From positions 5,704,001-5,768,000 of the forward strand of contig OX337229.1 of the NCBI GenBank assembly GCA_946965045.2: a stretch of DNA of 64,000 nt. The letters are read 5' to 3'. Below the pieces are notes generated by a model. The model worked only from the letters and a program-made list of their open reading frames with translations, was not told where the DNA came from and did not search any database. Below, piece after piece: positions 10,172-21,915 of this stretch; within the stretch, counting starts at the first letter, position 1; each line of letters starts with the position of its first letter. The DNA comes from Epithemia pelagica. Its lineage: Eukaryota > Protista > Bacillariophyta. The position numbers were made by a program, and so were the translations under genes.

Positions 10172-12662
10172 CTATCCTAAAAATTGTGACGTTCGTTCAT
10201 TGTTGTCTGCTTCGGCAACCAAAATGTCGTGTTCATTGAAGTCCTCTAGCTGTCCCGGCATGATATCTCTCGAAAAGTAATAGTCCACTAGTTGATGCGG
10301 AATCTCATCCAAAACGGCTTCCGTCAAGGCATTGAAGGAGCGATAATCCCCGAATCGTACAAATTTGGTAATATCGCGGCCATCTTCGGTGGCTGGATCA
10401 TGTTCGTCCAGAAACTCCTGTCATGCAAAAACAAACATAGACATAACACACACATGAAATGGTTAGCAAAGCACACGCTCGATGCCATACAAGGCTCTGT
10501 CGTAGTTTCCACTTTTATCGTACCATTCCAGTAAAATCTGCGTCCCCAATGCCCACAATTACGACAGACAAGGGCTCATTACTGGCATTGATCAAACACT
10601 CTTTGGTTTCTTTGACATTCTCCACATTCCCGGATGTGAGAATGAGCAGTATCGTATAGGAAAGTTTCGATTCTTCTTGTGCCATTTCCTGGAATCCGAA
10701 AACACCAAACGACAGACAAAAACTGTGTGAGAAAAAGAACAACTGACTACCAGTATGATCATGACTGGACGACTCTCCGAAGCGACGAGGGAACACTACT
10801 TCTCGACATAGTAGGTGGAGCACTCACCTGTTCGTGTCTGGCATAGGAGGCTGCTGTTTCAATCACTTCATTGAGTTTTGTGGGATAGCTCATGGTCAAG
10901 GGCGTTCGGAAGACTCCTCGATAGGCATCCATGATACCCTGGACACCTTCGACTTCGACATCTTGTCCACATTGGAAACAATGTCGAACAATCCCATTGT
11001 ACTTGGCTCCAAATCCCCACACGGGCATGCGTTGATCGGAATCGTACTTGGCCAAAATGGAGCCGACGGCAAAAATGGCCTTTTCGTAATCGTTCCATTC
11101 CTTGGATTGCGGTGGATGAAAGTAATGGGGCGTCCCCGATTCCCGAGGATCTCCATTGCTGGCGGTAAAGTCAATGGCCACGGCCAAGGATATTTGACAT
11201 CCACCGGATAAATAATCGACAAATTCGGGACGTCGACGACTGGTATTATGGGGTTTGTGGTTGGGACTTGTGTTGGGAATGGCAGTGCCGTTGGCGTTGT
11301 TGTTGTTGTGTGTCTTGGGATCCCCGCCACCCCCAAAGGGTTCGTCCAGGTGCGGATATCCTCCGGGTGCTCCTTCCGGTACCGATTCACCACCACCCGA
11401 CAAGGAGGCTGACACGACATGGAGTCGTCCGACGAGTTTGGAATCTCGCAACAACTCAAAGCCATCCATTTCTCCTTGTTGTTGTTGTTCTTGTTCTTGT
11501 TCGCCTTCTTCTTCTTCTCCGGCCGCCGCCAAGGACTGCAAGGTGGTTTCGCATTCTCCCAAAAATTTGTGTTTGCCCGATCGTTTGTGATCCCAGACAA
11601 TGACTTTCATGGCTCGTTCCAAATCGCCATTGCAGGCGGCATCCAAATCCAAATTGACGGGATTCCATTGAGGATTGACACTGTGTTTGATAACATTGGA
11701 TCGATAGACCGATTCCCAGGTGGCACCGGTGGGTCGATCGACTTTGCGATACAATTCATAATAGGCCGACGAGGACGAGGCTCGGGTCGCCGGTTTGAGT
11801 TTGTGACCCGTCAAGTGCAAGGCCAACCGTCCCGCACAATGCGTTTGACATCGTTCCATATGGACCGTCAAGACACCGCCGGATTGCAAGGATTTGGAAG
11901 CAATATTCCCTCGACTGCCCAATAGTTGTCCCACTTCAAACAGGGCTGTGCCCATGACACGATGAGGAAACTTTTTGTCCGAACTGCTGCTACTACTACT
12001 CGCATGATGGTTGTGGTGGTTGTGTTGTTGCTGGGCTGTCACGGCCGATGTCAAGACGGTTTGACTATGAACATCCATGCGAGACAATTCCAATTCTGTC
12101 TTGTTGGTCAAGGAGGTGTTGAAATCAAAGACACCGACCTCAAAATACAAGGGAACGCCGAATCGGTAGCCATCCAAAAATATCACACGAGACCAGGAAG
12201 GATTCAAATTGTTAAAGACACTGTGAATATCAAATGTGGATTGGTGGTGTTGGGGTATGGCAGGAATACAAAAGAACAAAAATCGAGAGAGAAAACGACA
12301 GACCGATAGACCAAACAAAGAGAGAGCAGAAAACCACGACAGCGCATGATGCAACGACACGACAACAACAACAAACAACCAGGTGTGGTGAGAGACGACC
12401 CAAACGAAAGGCGCTTTTGTCATGGCGAATTCGGTTCTTGGTTGTTTCGTTCTTTCTTTTGACACTCTGTGCGCGCATGATATTGCATTTCATTCCTTTC
12501 TGTTGTTCTCACGTACACATCGGTTTGTCCCACGACGCGTGGTTTGTTGTGTTCGGAATCTCCGCGAACCGTCACCACCGCAAAGGGATCACTGACCGAC
12601 AACAAGCCGGCCACATTTCTCAAGTCTCGGGCCGACAAGTGCAACTGCAATCGACTCGTCAT
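10172..12662 (-). CDS. Copine (C2-C2-vWA), 4 exons: 12662-12517, 12220-10828, 10688-10524, 10417-10172
   Basis: LHLSARDL..SDPFAVV..NNLNPSW; second C2 SVNPQWN..VIVWDH; vWA VAIDFTASNGDP, DSDQRMPVWGFGAK, YTILLILTSG, PLSVVIVGIGDADF, VLDEIPHQLVDYY. All three GT-AG introns keep the frame. Confidence 0.92.
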
Positions 12663-13466
12663 GTTTTGAGACAACAACGACAACAATCGAACCAGAAGGA
12701 AGCAGAAGAAGAGGAAGAAGGAGGACGAGGCTCCTACAACTGGTTGTTGTCGTCGTCTTGGTTCCCCGTTGCGCTCTTTTTCTCTTTTTCTTGAAACAAG
12801 CTTGACCCGTACAGTGGTTGGTCTCTTGATCAATGGTTCCACTGTCGGTCCAGCGAGGCTTTTTTGTCTCGTCGTCTTGCTTTTTGAAAGACTGTCCCTC
12901 TAGGACTTGGGTGCGAACCACAAAAATGCGAAGGAACAGGGCGAACTCCTATCAGGACTGAATGTCTTTGAAGCGCTTCCAAAGACACACGTGTTGTTGT
13001 TGTTGATGATGATGTTCGTTTGTTGTTGCCGATGGAGAGATGGTTTGGACAGTCGTCTTGCTCATAGCCCAAAGCCTCTTCCGCTTTCCCTCTCGCGCAG
13101 GAAAAGCGTGTGGACCTACCAGAAAAAGTCTTTCATTCTTGGGCATGGGGGGCCATTTGCACTATTGCCCTTCCGTACTACACCCTACCGGTAAACGCAA
13201 GCATTTTGTATAATGAAATAACAGGACACACTATACACCCAAAGCGACATCCAACCAAAATCGTTCGCCCAACCAAAATCTTTCGGCCAACCAAAACCGT
13301 GCACACGCCGTTTTTTGAAAATTTCACTGACCACTTTGCTTCACTGTCACCGCGTCGGGACAAAAAAGAAAAAAGACCGGAGTTCTTGTGTGAAAAAGGA
13401 AGCACCACACACACAGCATCTCATTCTTTGTGTGGAGCAAGCCCTTCCCGGAGAGAGAAAGACAAC

Positions 13467-14724
13467 ATGAAGCAACAACATGCGCACGACCGTCGCAACT
13501 CGGAGAACAAGAAGAATGAACGGCGACGACGAGGTTCCTCCATCTTGTCGGAATCCCCTCATGTCCAGGTCCCACAAGATGCCATTTTTGCCTGGCTGGG
13601 GGACACGGCCCATTATCTATCCATTGTCAGTGGCTTGATATTGATCCATTCCTTGGTGACGGGTACTACGAGTGTGGAGGAGAACCACCATGCCAAATGG
13701 ATGGATGAGGCATGGAACCAACACGGTGGGTGCCTCGCCCACAAGGACCGTCCGTATCTCAGCACGTACGTACATAATATTATATACAGACAGCAAAGGA
13801 AAAAAAGGCGCGGGTTGCCTTGACTCACCGTGCTGCGGTTGTTGTTTCATGGGACACAGATACCATGTATGCTGTTGCGTGGACCTTGCGGCAGCGGCCA
13901 TGCTCTTGTTCCTGTATCAAACCATTGGGAAAGCCCGGGGCATGACACGAGCCAATCAACTGATGCGATTCCTCCTCGTGCCACTCGTGATGCAGGGTCT
14001 CGAACAAGGTCTACGGGCCTGGTCGCTGCAGCAACACCATGGAAATTCGGGAGACGGAGACATTGAGTCGTCCTGGTCCTGGTTTGGAACCAGTCTGGAA
14101 CGGAATCGTACTACACTGTCCTACCAATGGCAACCACTACCACAACAACAACAACAAGAGCAACCATTACTCGTGAAACAGTTGGTATGGCAACTGCCCA
14201 TTCATTTGAGTTGGGGTGGACTGGTCAAAGTCGCCCTGCCGGACTTGACTCCGTGGCAAGTCAGTGTCGTGTCCACCACGGCATTCTTGGTACACCGTTT
14301 GGTACCGCGGCCCTGGCAGACGGCCTGGATTCAACTCGTCGTCCTCCTCGCCTTGTCCTTGCATCAATTGGCTCCAAGAACGGCCAGTCTGCAAGAAAAG
14401 GATTTTGCCTATGCCACCTTTGCGTGGTTGGTCCTGGTACCCACCATGGCATGGCACTGGATCGAACGCACCCAATGTTTGACCGTGTTGCAAGAGTTTG
14501 GGTATGGTCATGTGACAACCCATGGGGGAGTGATTGGGGCCATTTTCGTATGGTACATGCTCGGATATTTGCACATTTGTGGATCCGTGGCCACATCCAA
14601 AGTACTCCAACAACAACAACAACAGCACGACGAACCACGAGTCCAATTTGGAGGACAAACCGTCCGGACCTTTGAACGAACGAGCCGTGTACTTGGGAGT
14701 ACGACCGTATCGCAGGCTGGATGA
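13467..14724 (+). CDS. Multi-pass membrane protein of unknown function (one intron, about 13766-13859)
   Basis: ORFs 13110-13823 and 13672-14724 joined by a GTACGT...CACAG intron; several hydrophobic segments. Confidence 0.55.
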
Positions 14725-15580
14725 AGCGCCAGTCATTTCTTTTTGGAAATTGTGAGGTGTTTTGGTGTGGGGTCACCGTTTGGTTTGTGTGGGGCACTAG
14801 AAGAGTGTCGTGGTCTTGCATCAATGTTGACTGTTCGAGGACGTGAGGGTATCCAAACATAAATGTTGGAGGACAACCGTTCTTCCTGGAATCATTGCCA
14901 ATCAATGGTCCACAGTCCGTAGGAGCAAAATGCCACAATCCATATCAAACGCCATGATGGATGAACCGACGATCCTCGGGTTCCTGACGGTGGAACACAA
15001 TGACACGACGAGAATCCAACAATCACTGCGCCAGGACGTTGAGTGAATACATGATGATATCATACCATATAAATAATGTCACGTTTCTCTATGAGACTAT
15101 CTCTGGTCTTTGAAAAAACCAAACATGAGTCTTTGTTACAGGATTGGAAAATTGGAATAGAAACAAGCGTCTATGAAACAGGCTATATAGTATATAATAT
15201 GTTTCCCACGAGAAAAGGGCAGACCACGGGATGGACCTACCCTCCTCGTTTCTGAAAAAATGTACGTGTAAATTGCAAATGGAAAATGGTTGATGCCGAC
15301 CCATGTGCCATGTACGCCATGACGGGTCCAGCAATTCGTTGTATCATTCACGGTTATACGGTTGGAGAAAGCGTCAAGGTAGGTAGCTGTTCGTATGGTA
15401 GGAGTGCCAACAGATGTGTGCGGTGCGCGGTTTTCCAAGTTTCTTGGAGATATGATCGAGAGTCCCTGTTGTGTAGTAGTTGGGGTGTCCACCATATCTC
15501 CATAGCGTTCCACGATGGCGACATACACAACGTTGTTCTGATTCTTTGTTTGTTTTATCCTCCCAACCCAAAATACCAAT

Positions 15581-17569
15581 CTACCTCGGTCCATGCGACC
15601 CTGGCCCCAACACAAAGTCACGCAACAACTTGGGCGAGGAACTTTCAAACAAGATATCATGCAAAAACCGCTCCAGCAAGAAGACCTTGAGGGAGAGATA
15701 TCCGGCATCCAAACATCGGTACCAACGTTTGCGCTTCTGTAAGAGTCGCCAACTGGTAATGGCATTGGGCAAATGTTCAATTTCCGGTTCTTCCGTCATG
15801 GCCAAGGGCGACATGTTGGCAATGACGGCCGCACATCCCTCATGAGCCTGCGTCACCTTGTGCGACAATTCTTCAAAATCTCGATACCGTTTCCAGACAC
15901 CCACGGTATCGCGAATGCTTCCTTCTCGATAAATGACCAAAAATTGCGCATATTTGCCATACTTTTTGGATTCCACGACCCGGTAGGATGCCAAACTAAT
16001 ATTGACCGTGTCGACACCGACAATGGCCGCGCCATTGTCGGTCGCTCGGGCAAAGGATTTGCTCACGGTCGTGCCAAAGGCATTGGGTCCCCGCAACAAG
16101 ACGGTCAAATCGCCATCGCTTTTGGGCCCCGGTACTTTTTGAAATTGTTGCTGTTGTTGTTGCTGCGCCCATCCGCCTCCCACAACATAGGTTGCACTGG
16201 TAGCCTTGCTTCCATCGTCCGTCATGTCGTGTATGCGAGAAATCAGAGCCGCTTGAGCGGCGGCATCTCCCTCGACGGAATCGCTGGGACTGGCCGCCGT
16301 CGAGGTTCCTCCTCCTCCCCCCGCACCCGTCGTGGTACTGTAATGACCGTAGTCGGAGACAATTTCGTCCGAGGCACCACCGGCACCTTCAAAGACGCCA
16401 TCGGCAAAGGGATTGAGGGAAAGGGGGGAACTGGCCGTCAAGACTTCGACGGGCATGCTGTAGTTGACTTGGGAACGGGCAAAATTTTGGGCCCACATTT
16501 TTTCAAAAAAGGCTCGTTCTTCCATGGGTTGCGGGGGTCGATTCCCCGCCGTGTGTTTCCAGAGCTTTTGACTGCTCAAGGATTCTTCCAACACGTAGGT
16601 GGGAGCCGTCACGGCCATGGCCGCTGCTTCTTCTGTGCAAACGAAAAGTGTCGTCGAGAAAGTGCATTCACAAGGAACAAAACTGTGAGTCAACGCGTGT
16701 CACAATCTTTACTTGCACAACAGAAAACGACCCACAGCAATAGGTTTTTTGGAGTTCTCACACATGTATGTTACGTACCATTGACTTCCCCGGTATGATG
16801 ATGATGATGATGAATGATATCTTGGGGTGTGGACAACAATTCGGCATGTTTGCGTCTCTTGTCATGGCCGTCGGCTGTCGTGCTACTCGTCGATCCTCCC
16901 GGTCCCCCGGCACCAGCCCCACTGGTTCCTCCTCCTCCTCCGGATCCTCCTTGAAGCGAATGGGCCGACGAGGGTGCCAGTAGCATGTTGGTTTCCAATC
17001 CCATGTGCACATCTTCAAACCATCCCCAATCGCGAGACGACGTTTGCGACGAGGCTCCATTGCGATGCGAACCGGACGAGCCACCGTCGTTGCTGGATTC
17101 ATTGGCGACGGAATCGGTCCGTTGAAACAAGGATGTGGGCGATGCTGCTGCTGCAGTGTTGGATGAAGGAGACGGACGAGGTTGCTCTTTGGGAATCGAG
17201 TGCGGTGGTGGTTGTGGTTGTTGTGAACGTGGTTGTGCTTTGCCAGCATTTGGTTTATGTGTGGCCACCACGTTTCGTGCATCGCTCTTGCCATCCTCCG
17301 GATTGTTTGGAGTACTACTATTGGTGGGAGCTGATGGTACTTGCAATGTCGATGCTGCTGTCGTTGTTGTTGTTGCGACTTGTCGTTGTGGTTGTACGGG
17401 TGAAGTGGTAAGCATCATCAAGTCATCATCATCATCGTCATCTTCTTCCATTAGCGTGTTGCGATTTTCGTCCACCGATCCATCCGAGAGACTCGAGCTG
17501 GTATCCGATGGAGCACCCGCCGTATTGGGTGCCGTCGTGGAATGCACCAAGGTCAAGGGAGCCTCCGAG

Positions 17570-17601
<32 letters not shown>

Positions 17602-17859
17602 GCTAGTAGTGGTTGTTGTGCTTGGTGGCAATTTGACATGGTCATCCTCCTCATCGTCTTCCATGACAATGGTATGAGGAAAGGCACTACTGGCCGAGGA
17701 CATGGGTGGTGCATTCTTGATGTTGGGTGAGTCATGTTGTTGTTGTTGTGCTGCCATGTCTTCGACTTGCATCGGTTGTTGTTGTGGTGGTTGCGGATCG
17801 CCACTACCACCACCAATTTCCGAAGTTTCCGAAATCACTCGACGAAGGGCATTAAACAT
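15581..17859 (-). CDS. PX-domain protein with long low-complexity N-terminus (intron about 16790-16680, boundaries approximate)
   Basis: YAQFLVIY..VWKRYRDFEELSHKV..LLQKRK..LERFLHDILFESSSPKLLRDFV is PX-like; upstream exon MFNALRRVISE has poly-N/Q/D tracts. Confidence 0.75.
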
Positions 17860-19423
17860 GTTGTTGTTGTTGTTTATTGTGTGTTGGATATAGTATATTT
17901 CCCTCGTAGACGGATGCAATAGTCTCTCTGTTAGAGGATCTCGAGTACCTTCGTAGGTAGGTAGAGCTGGAATCCACGACTATACAGTAGAGGAAAAACA
18001 CAGGGTGTCAAGCAATCCACACCTGATTGTTAACTTGTCTCGTCTCTTGTTGTTTTTCTTTGTGGCTGTCTCTGGAAATGGGACCGAACCGAACGGGGCC
18101 TGCTGCTGTTGCTGCCACTATACTGCGCTGTTGTGTTGTTGTTCCTTTGGGGAGACGAAGAGACGACGACGACAATGCGTGGAGGAAGAGAAGAAGAGAA
18201 GAAGAAGGAGCACAAGTCGAAAAGAAGGTCGTGTTGTCTTTTTTGTTTGACTTTTTCTCTCGTTTCCCCCTTTCTACACAAACGCTTATAGCGCTACTTT
18301 TCAGATCTATAGTGAAAGGATGAGCGATCCGTTGGGAGACATCTGGTCCAGGTTGGGGAAGAGAAGGGCAATTGTAATGTTCTTTCGGAATCAAGACCAA
18401 ACCAGAAACATCCGACACTACCTTCATTAAGCCCTTCAATGTCGCTGTCTTCTTTTTCCGCGACTGAATGGGTCTCAGTCGCACATAAAGTTCTCATTCC
18501 TTCAGTCGCAGATCGAATCGTTTGTGACGTCGTCGATGGATTGGATTCGCAACCCAACAGACAAGAGACCCATCACCACGATAGACCACCAAGATAGGAC
18601 CACCCATGTGGGAAGATTCGCGTCATCCTGTTCCCAATTCCCACAAACACACAATCATGTACAAGAGTTGGAAAAGTTGGGCCACACAACAAATAACGAC
18701 ATCACAAAACGAAGACAACGGTAAGGTAAGCCAACAACACATGACTGAGTGAATGAATGAATCCAAGAAGGAGAATGAGACAATCCTTGCAAGATTTCGC
18801 TTCTGGGACGAGGCAATTGACGTGGTTGTTGGAGATCACAACAAGACGAAAGAAAAAGAGACGAGTGAGATTCCGAACGGACACCTCGTACGGGTACACT
18901 TTCACTTTGGTTTGAACAAGGTTATTGTCGAATTCATAGTGACTGCTGTTCAGGAGAGAAGAACCATTCCTGAAAAGAAACACTGCATCCCCCATGCAAC
19001 CGTCTGTTGTTGCCTTGTCAGTTCCCCACACATACACATGTTGCTTGGAAGGAGATGAATGAGAGCGAAACAAGAATCCATCATGGTTCTCTCAAATGTT
19101 TTGTGGTTCTGTTTCTTCTTGTTCTTGTTGGTTTTGTAGTTTCAAGAACACACACACACACAAGTCTCCCACAACGAAGCATGGCTTCCGTATCCGACGG
19201 GTCGTCCGTTGGATGGAATGAAGAGTCCATGTGAATGTCAAGAACCATTGTGGAACCAAAATTAGGAACAAGGAGATGCCACTCGATATGTCGTGATCAT
19301 CTAACGTACCATGTTTTTCTTGCTTTTTCTTTGGAATGGATATCATTCTACACAGATATTGAAACTCCTCCCGAACAAACTCTCTCCGAACCAACACTCC
19401 CCGAATCCAATACTACTACTACC

Positions 19424-19864
19424 ATGAGCGCTGCTACTACTACAACAACTACTCCTGTCGTGGACGACGAACCCATGCATGTGGACCCGGCCGAAAAGGT
19501 GTACGATACTATGAAAAGTGTCTGGACGTGGGGCAAGGGCGTGGTCATCTTTTCGCCCTTTTTGGGCATGGCCGAAGCCGTGGCCGGCAAGGTGGTGGAA
19601 ACGGCCGGATCCTCCTTGGAAGGTGTGGACAGTGGCGTGACGGGCAAATTGCAAGAATGGGACGATGGCCTGTTCAATCCCGTCATTCATGTCGTGGTGC
19701 AAACCGTCCTGAAAGCGGCCAGCAAAACCGAAGGCTTTGTCAAACCCATTGTCTTGACCATGTTCAAACCCTTGGATTACTTTCTCAAGAGTCACCCCGA
19801 AAACAATAATAGTGAAGAACCTTCTCCCGAATCGGCGGCGCCACCACCTCCGGCCATGAATTAG
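19424..19864 (+). CDS. Small amphipathic-helical protein, paralog 1 (start codon approximate)
   Basis: Shares VDPAEKVYD..WGKGV..PFLG.AE..A.KVVETAGSSLEGVD.GVTGKL..PIVLT..KPLD with 20620-21531. Confidence 0.7.
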   Translation: MSAATTTTTTPVVDDEPMHVDPAEKVYDTMKSVWTWGKGVVIFSPFLGMAEAVAGKVVETAGSSLEGVDSGVTGKLQEWDDGLFNPVIHVVVQTVLKAASKTEGFVKPIVLTMFKPLDYFLKSHPENNNSEEPSPESAAPPPPAMN

Positions 19865-20619
19865 GGAGTCTAAGGATGGACCTACGACAGTGACCATTGC
19901 ATATGTTTATTACTAGAGAACTTCTTTTTATTATTCTATTCCATCCGTTCGAGTTGAGATTGGAGTATCATGGTCCAAGATACGATTGCCTTGGGGGGAA
20001 CACAAGTTTTGACGTGAAACATCGCCAAAACAGATGGGTTGTACGACATGGTCAGTATAAAACATTGCAAGAAAACGCAACTCCCCAGAGCTTTGGGATG
20101 AGCGACGGGGGTCTTTCACAAAAAGCGTTCCGGATCTGCGTCATCATGACAAGACAGGCAAAACCGACGAAAAAAACACGTGTCTCTCTCGTGCCCGTTG
20201 TTGCGAAAACTTCGTCAAACTCGCAAACACCATGTTCACAAGCTCCCCCAATTGGAAACGGTGGGCCACGATATCTCCTCAAGTTACAACAACTAAAACA
20301 ACAACAAAACGTAAGGTAAGAAGACAGCTCCGTTACCTCGTAGAGTATCAACAAACCAGGGATATTCAACTGTTTGTTGGTGAGTATCAAGGCTCGCTTC
20401 GGGTTCTCATTATTATCTCTTATAACACCATTCTGACCATGTTGATGCACACAATCTGGACTGGACAGCAGGATGATTCTGGCTTTTGCTTTTGGCAGAG
20501 GATGATCCTCTTGTGTGTGTTTTATAGTATTATTATTTGTTTTGGATGACATCTGACCTGTTGTGCTGATATTCTGATTGCTCGTCAACCTTTCGTAGTA
20601 GTACTGAAACTGAAGTAGG

Positions 20620-21531
20620 GTGCATTCCAAAACAAAGACCATGAGTTTGGTGGGATCCGAATTGAATTTGGTGCTCGATTTTGATACCATTGGTCCATCC
20701 GAAGAAGGAAATGACCAAGTGACAGAACAACAACAACAACAACAGCAGCAGCAACAAGACGGCAGAACGAATGCCCCAGCAAAAGATCATGATGATGATG
20801 ACGAAGATGTCCACCGGGCTCCGACTCCTCAGTCGGGAGTGGAACAGTTCTTTTTGGGCGGGTTGCCGACGGATACCATTTCGGCCACGGCCTTGGCCGA
20901 AGAAATTAGCCATCGACACAAGTCGTTGATTGCCTCGGCCGAGTATCGAACGGCGCAAACTAACTTGTCTGATTACTATGATTCTCCAGGTTCCCATCCG
21001 TCGTCTCCCGTGCGGAATTCCGACGCATTCAAAGAAGTGACACCCAACAACAACCACAACAACATCCAACAAGAAGTGACCATGTCGTCCACTTCCACTC
21101 GACCTCTCCCTCCTCCTCCTCCCCCCTCGGCGGAAGAAGACCCAGTCTTGCAGGTGGACCCGGCCGAAAAGATTTACGATACGGCCAAGAACATTTGGGG
21201 ATGGGGCAAGGGTGTCATGGTGGTTGCACCCTTTTTGGGCCTGGCCGAATCCATTGCAACTAAAGTTGTGGAAACGGCCGGATCTTCCTTGGAAGGGGTC
21301 GATCGCGGTGTCACGGGCAAACTCCACGAATTGGACCAAGGTATTTTGAATCCAGCCATTCAGGTCGTGGTCCACACAGTGATGGGAGCCGCCACCCAAA
21401 CCCGAGACTTGGTCCAACCCATTGTCTTGACACTTTTGAAACCACTGGACTTTATGATTCAATACAATCACCGGCCGGAAACTCATTATCATGATGTGGA
21501 ACCAGCTCCGGATGCGGTTCCCAATCAATAA
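20620..21531 (+). CDS. Paralog 2 of the same domain, with N-terminal disordered extension
   Basis: 303-aa ORF; its C-terminal ~110 aa align with paralog 1. Confidence 0.75.
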   Translation: MHSKTKTMSLVGSELNLVLDFDTIGPSEEGNDQVTEQQQQQQQQQQDGRTNAPAKDHDDDDEDVHRAPTPQSGVEQFFLGGLPTDTISATALAEEISHRHKSLIASAEYRTAQTNLSDYYDSPGSHPSSPVRNSDAFKEVTPNNNHNNIQQEVTMSSTSTRPLPPPPPPSAEEDPVLQVDPAEKIYDTAKNIWGWGKGVMVVAPFLGLAESIATKVVETAGSSLEGVDRGVTGKLHELDQGILNPAIQVVVHTVMGAATQTRDLVQPIVLTLLKPLDFMIQYNHRPETHYHDVEPAPDAVPNQ

Positions 21532-21534
21532 ATT

Positions 21535-21633
21535 GTCCAACCTTTTGTCCTTCTCAAACCACTGGATTTTTTGATACTACTGGCGGAAGAAACTCATGAG
21601 GAACCAGCTCCGGATGCTGTTCCAAATCAATAA
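21535..21633 (+). repeat. Degenerate tandem copy of the 3' end (including stop codon) of the preceding gene
   Basis: GTCCAACC..AAACCACTGGA..GAAACTCAT..GGAACCAGCTCCGGATGC.GTTCC.AATCAATAA is repeated directly after the TAA at 21531. Confidence 0.85.
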
Positions 21634-21915
21634 GAATTCATTCTGTTATATATATACATTATATGATAGAGACAAATCATGCATAGAGAGAGAAAGAGAG
21701 AGTATGCCTCTGGATGGTCCTGTAAAAAAAACAACAGTAGGCACGAGTCCTTCTTCTTTCCAGTGACAGAGGAGACTAACACAATAGGAAGCGTCCAAAC
21801 AAGTCGTTTAGTTCTGTGGCATGCCAGAAAGTGGCTCTGCTGGTAACAGTTCGAGAGAGAATGACCAGATCTAGAACGGTTCCGTTTCGTTTACTCTCTA
21901 TTGCCAAGTATTATA

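Noticed and set aside
17570-17602. (GTT)n and other trinucleotide runs as satellites or CRISPR-like arrays
   Set aside because: They encode poly-N/Q/T/D tracts inside CDSs; there is no repeat-spacer structure or cas gene.
18455-18510. GCGACTGA(A)/TCAGTCGC inverted repeats as an ncRNA
   Set aside because: Stems are only 8-9 bp and there are no recognisable RNA-family features.
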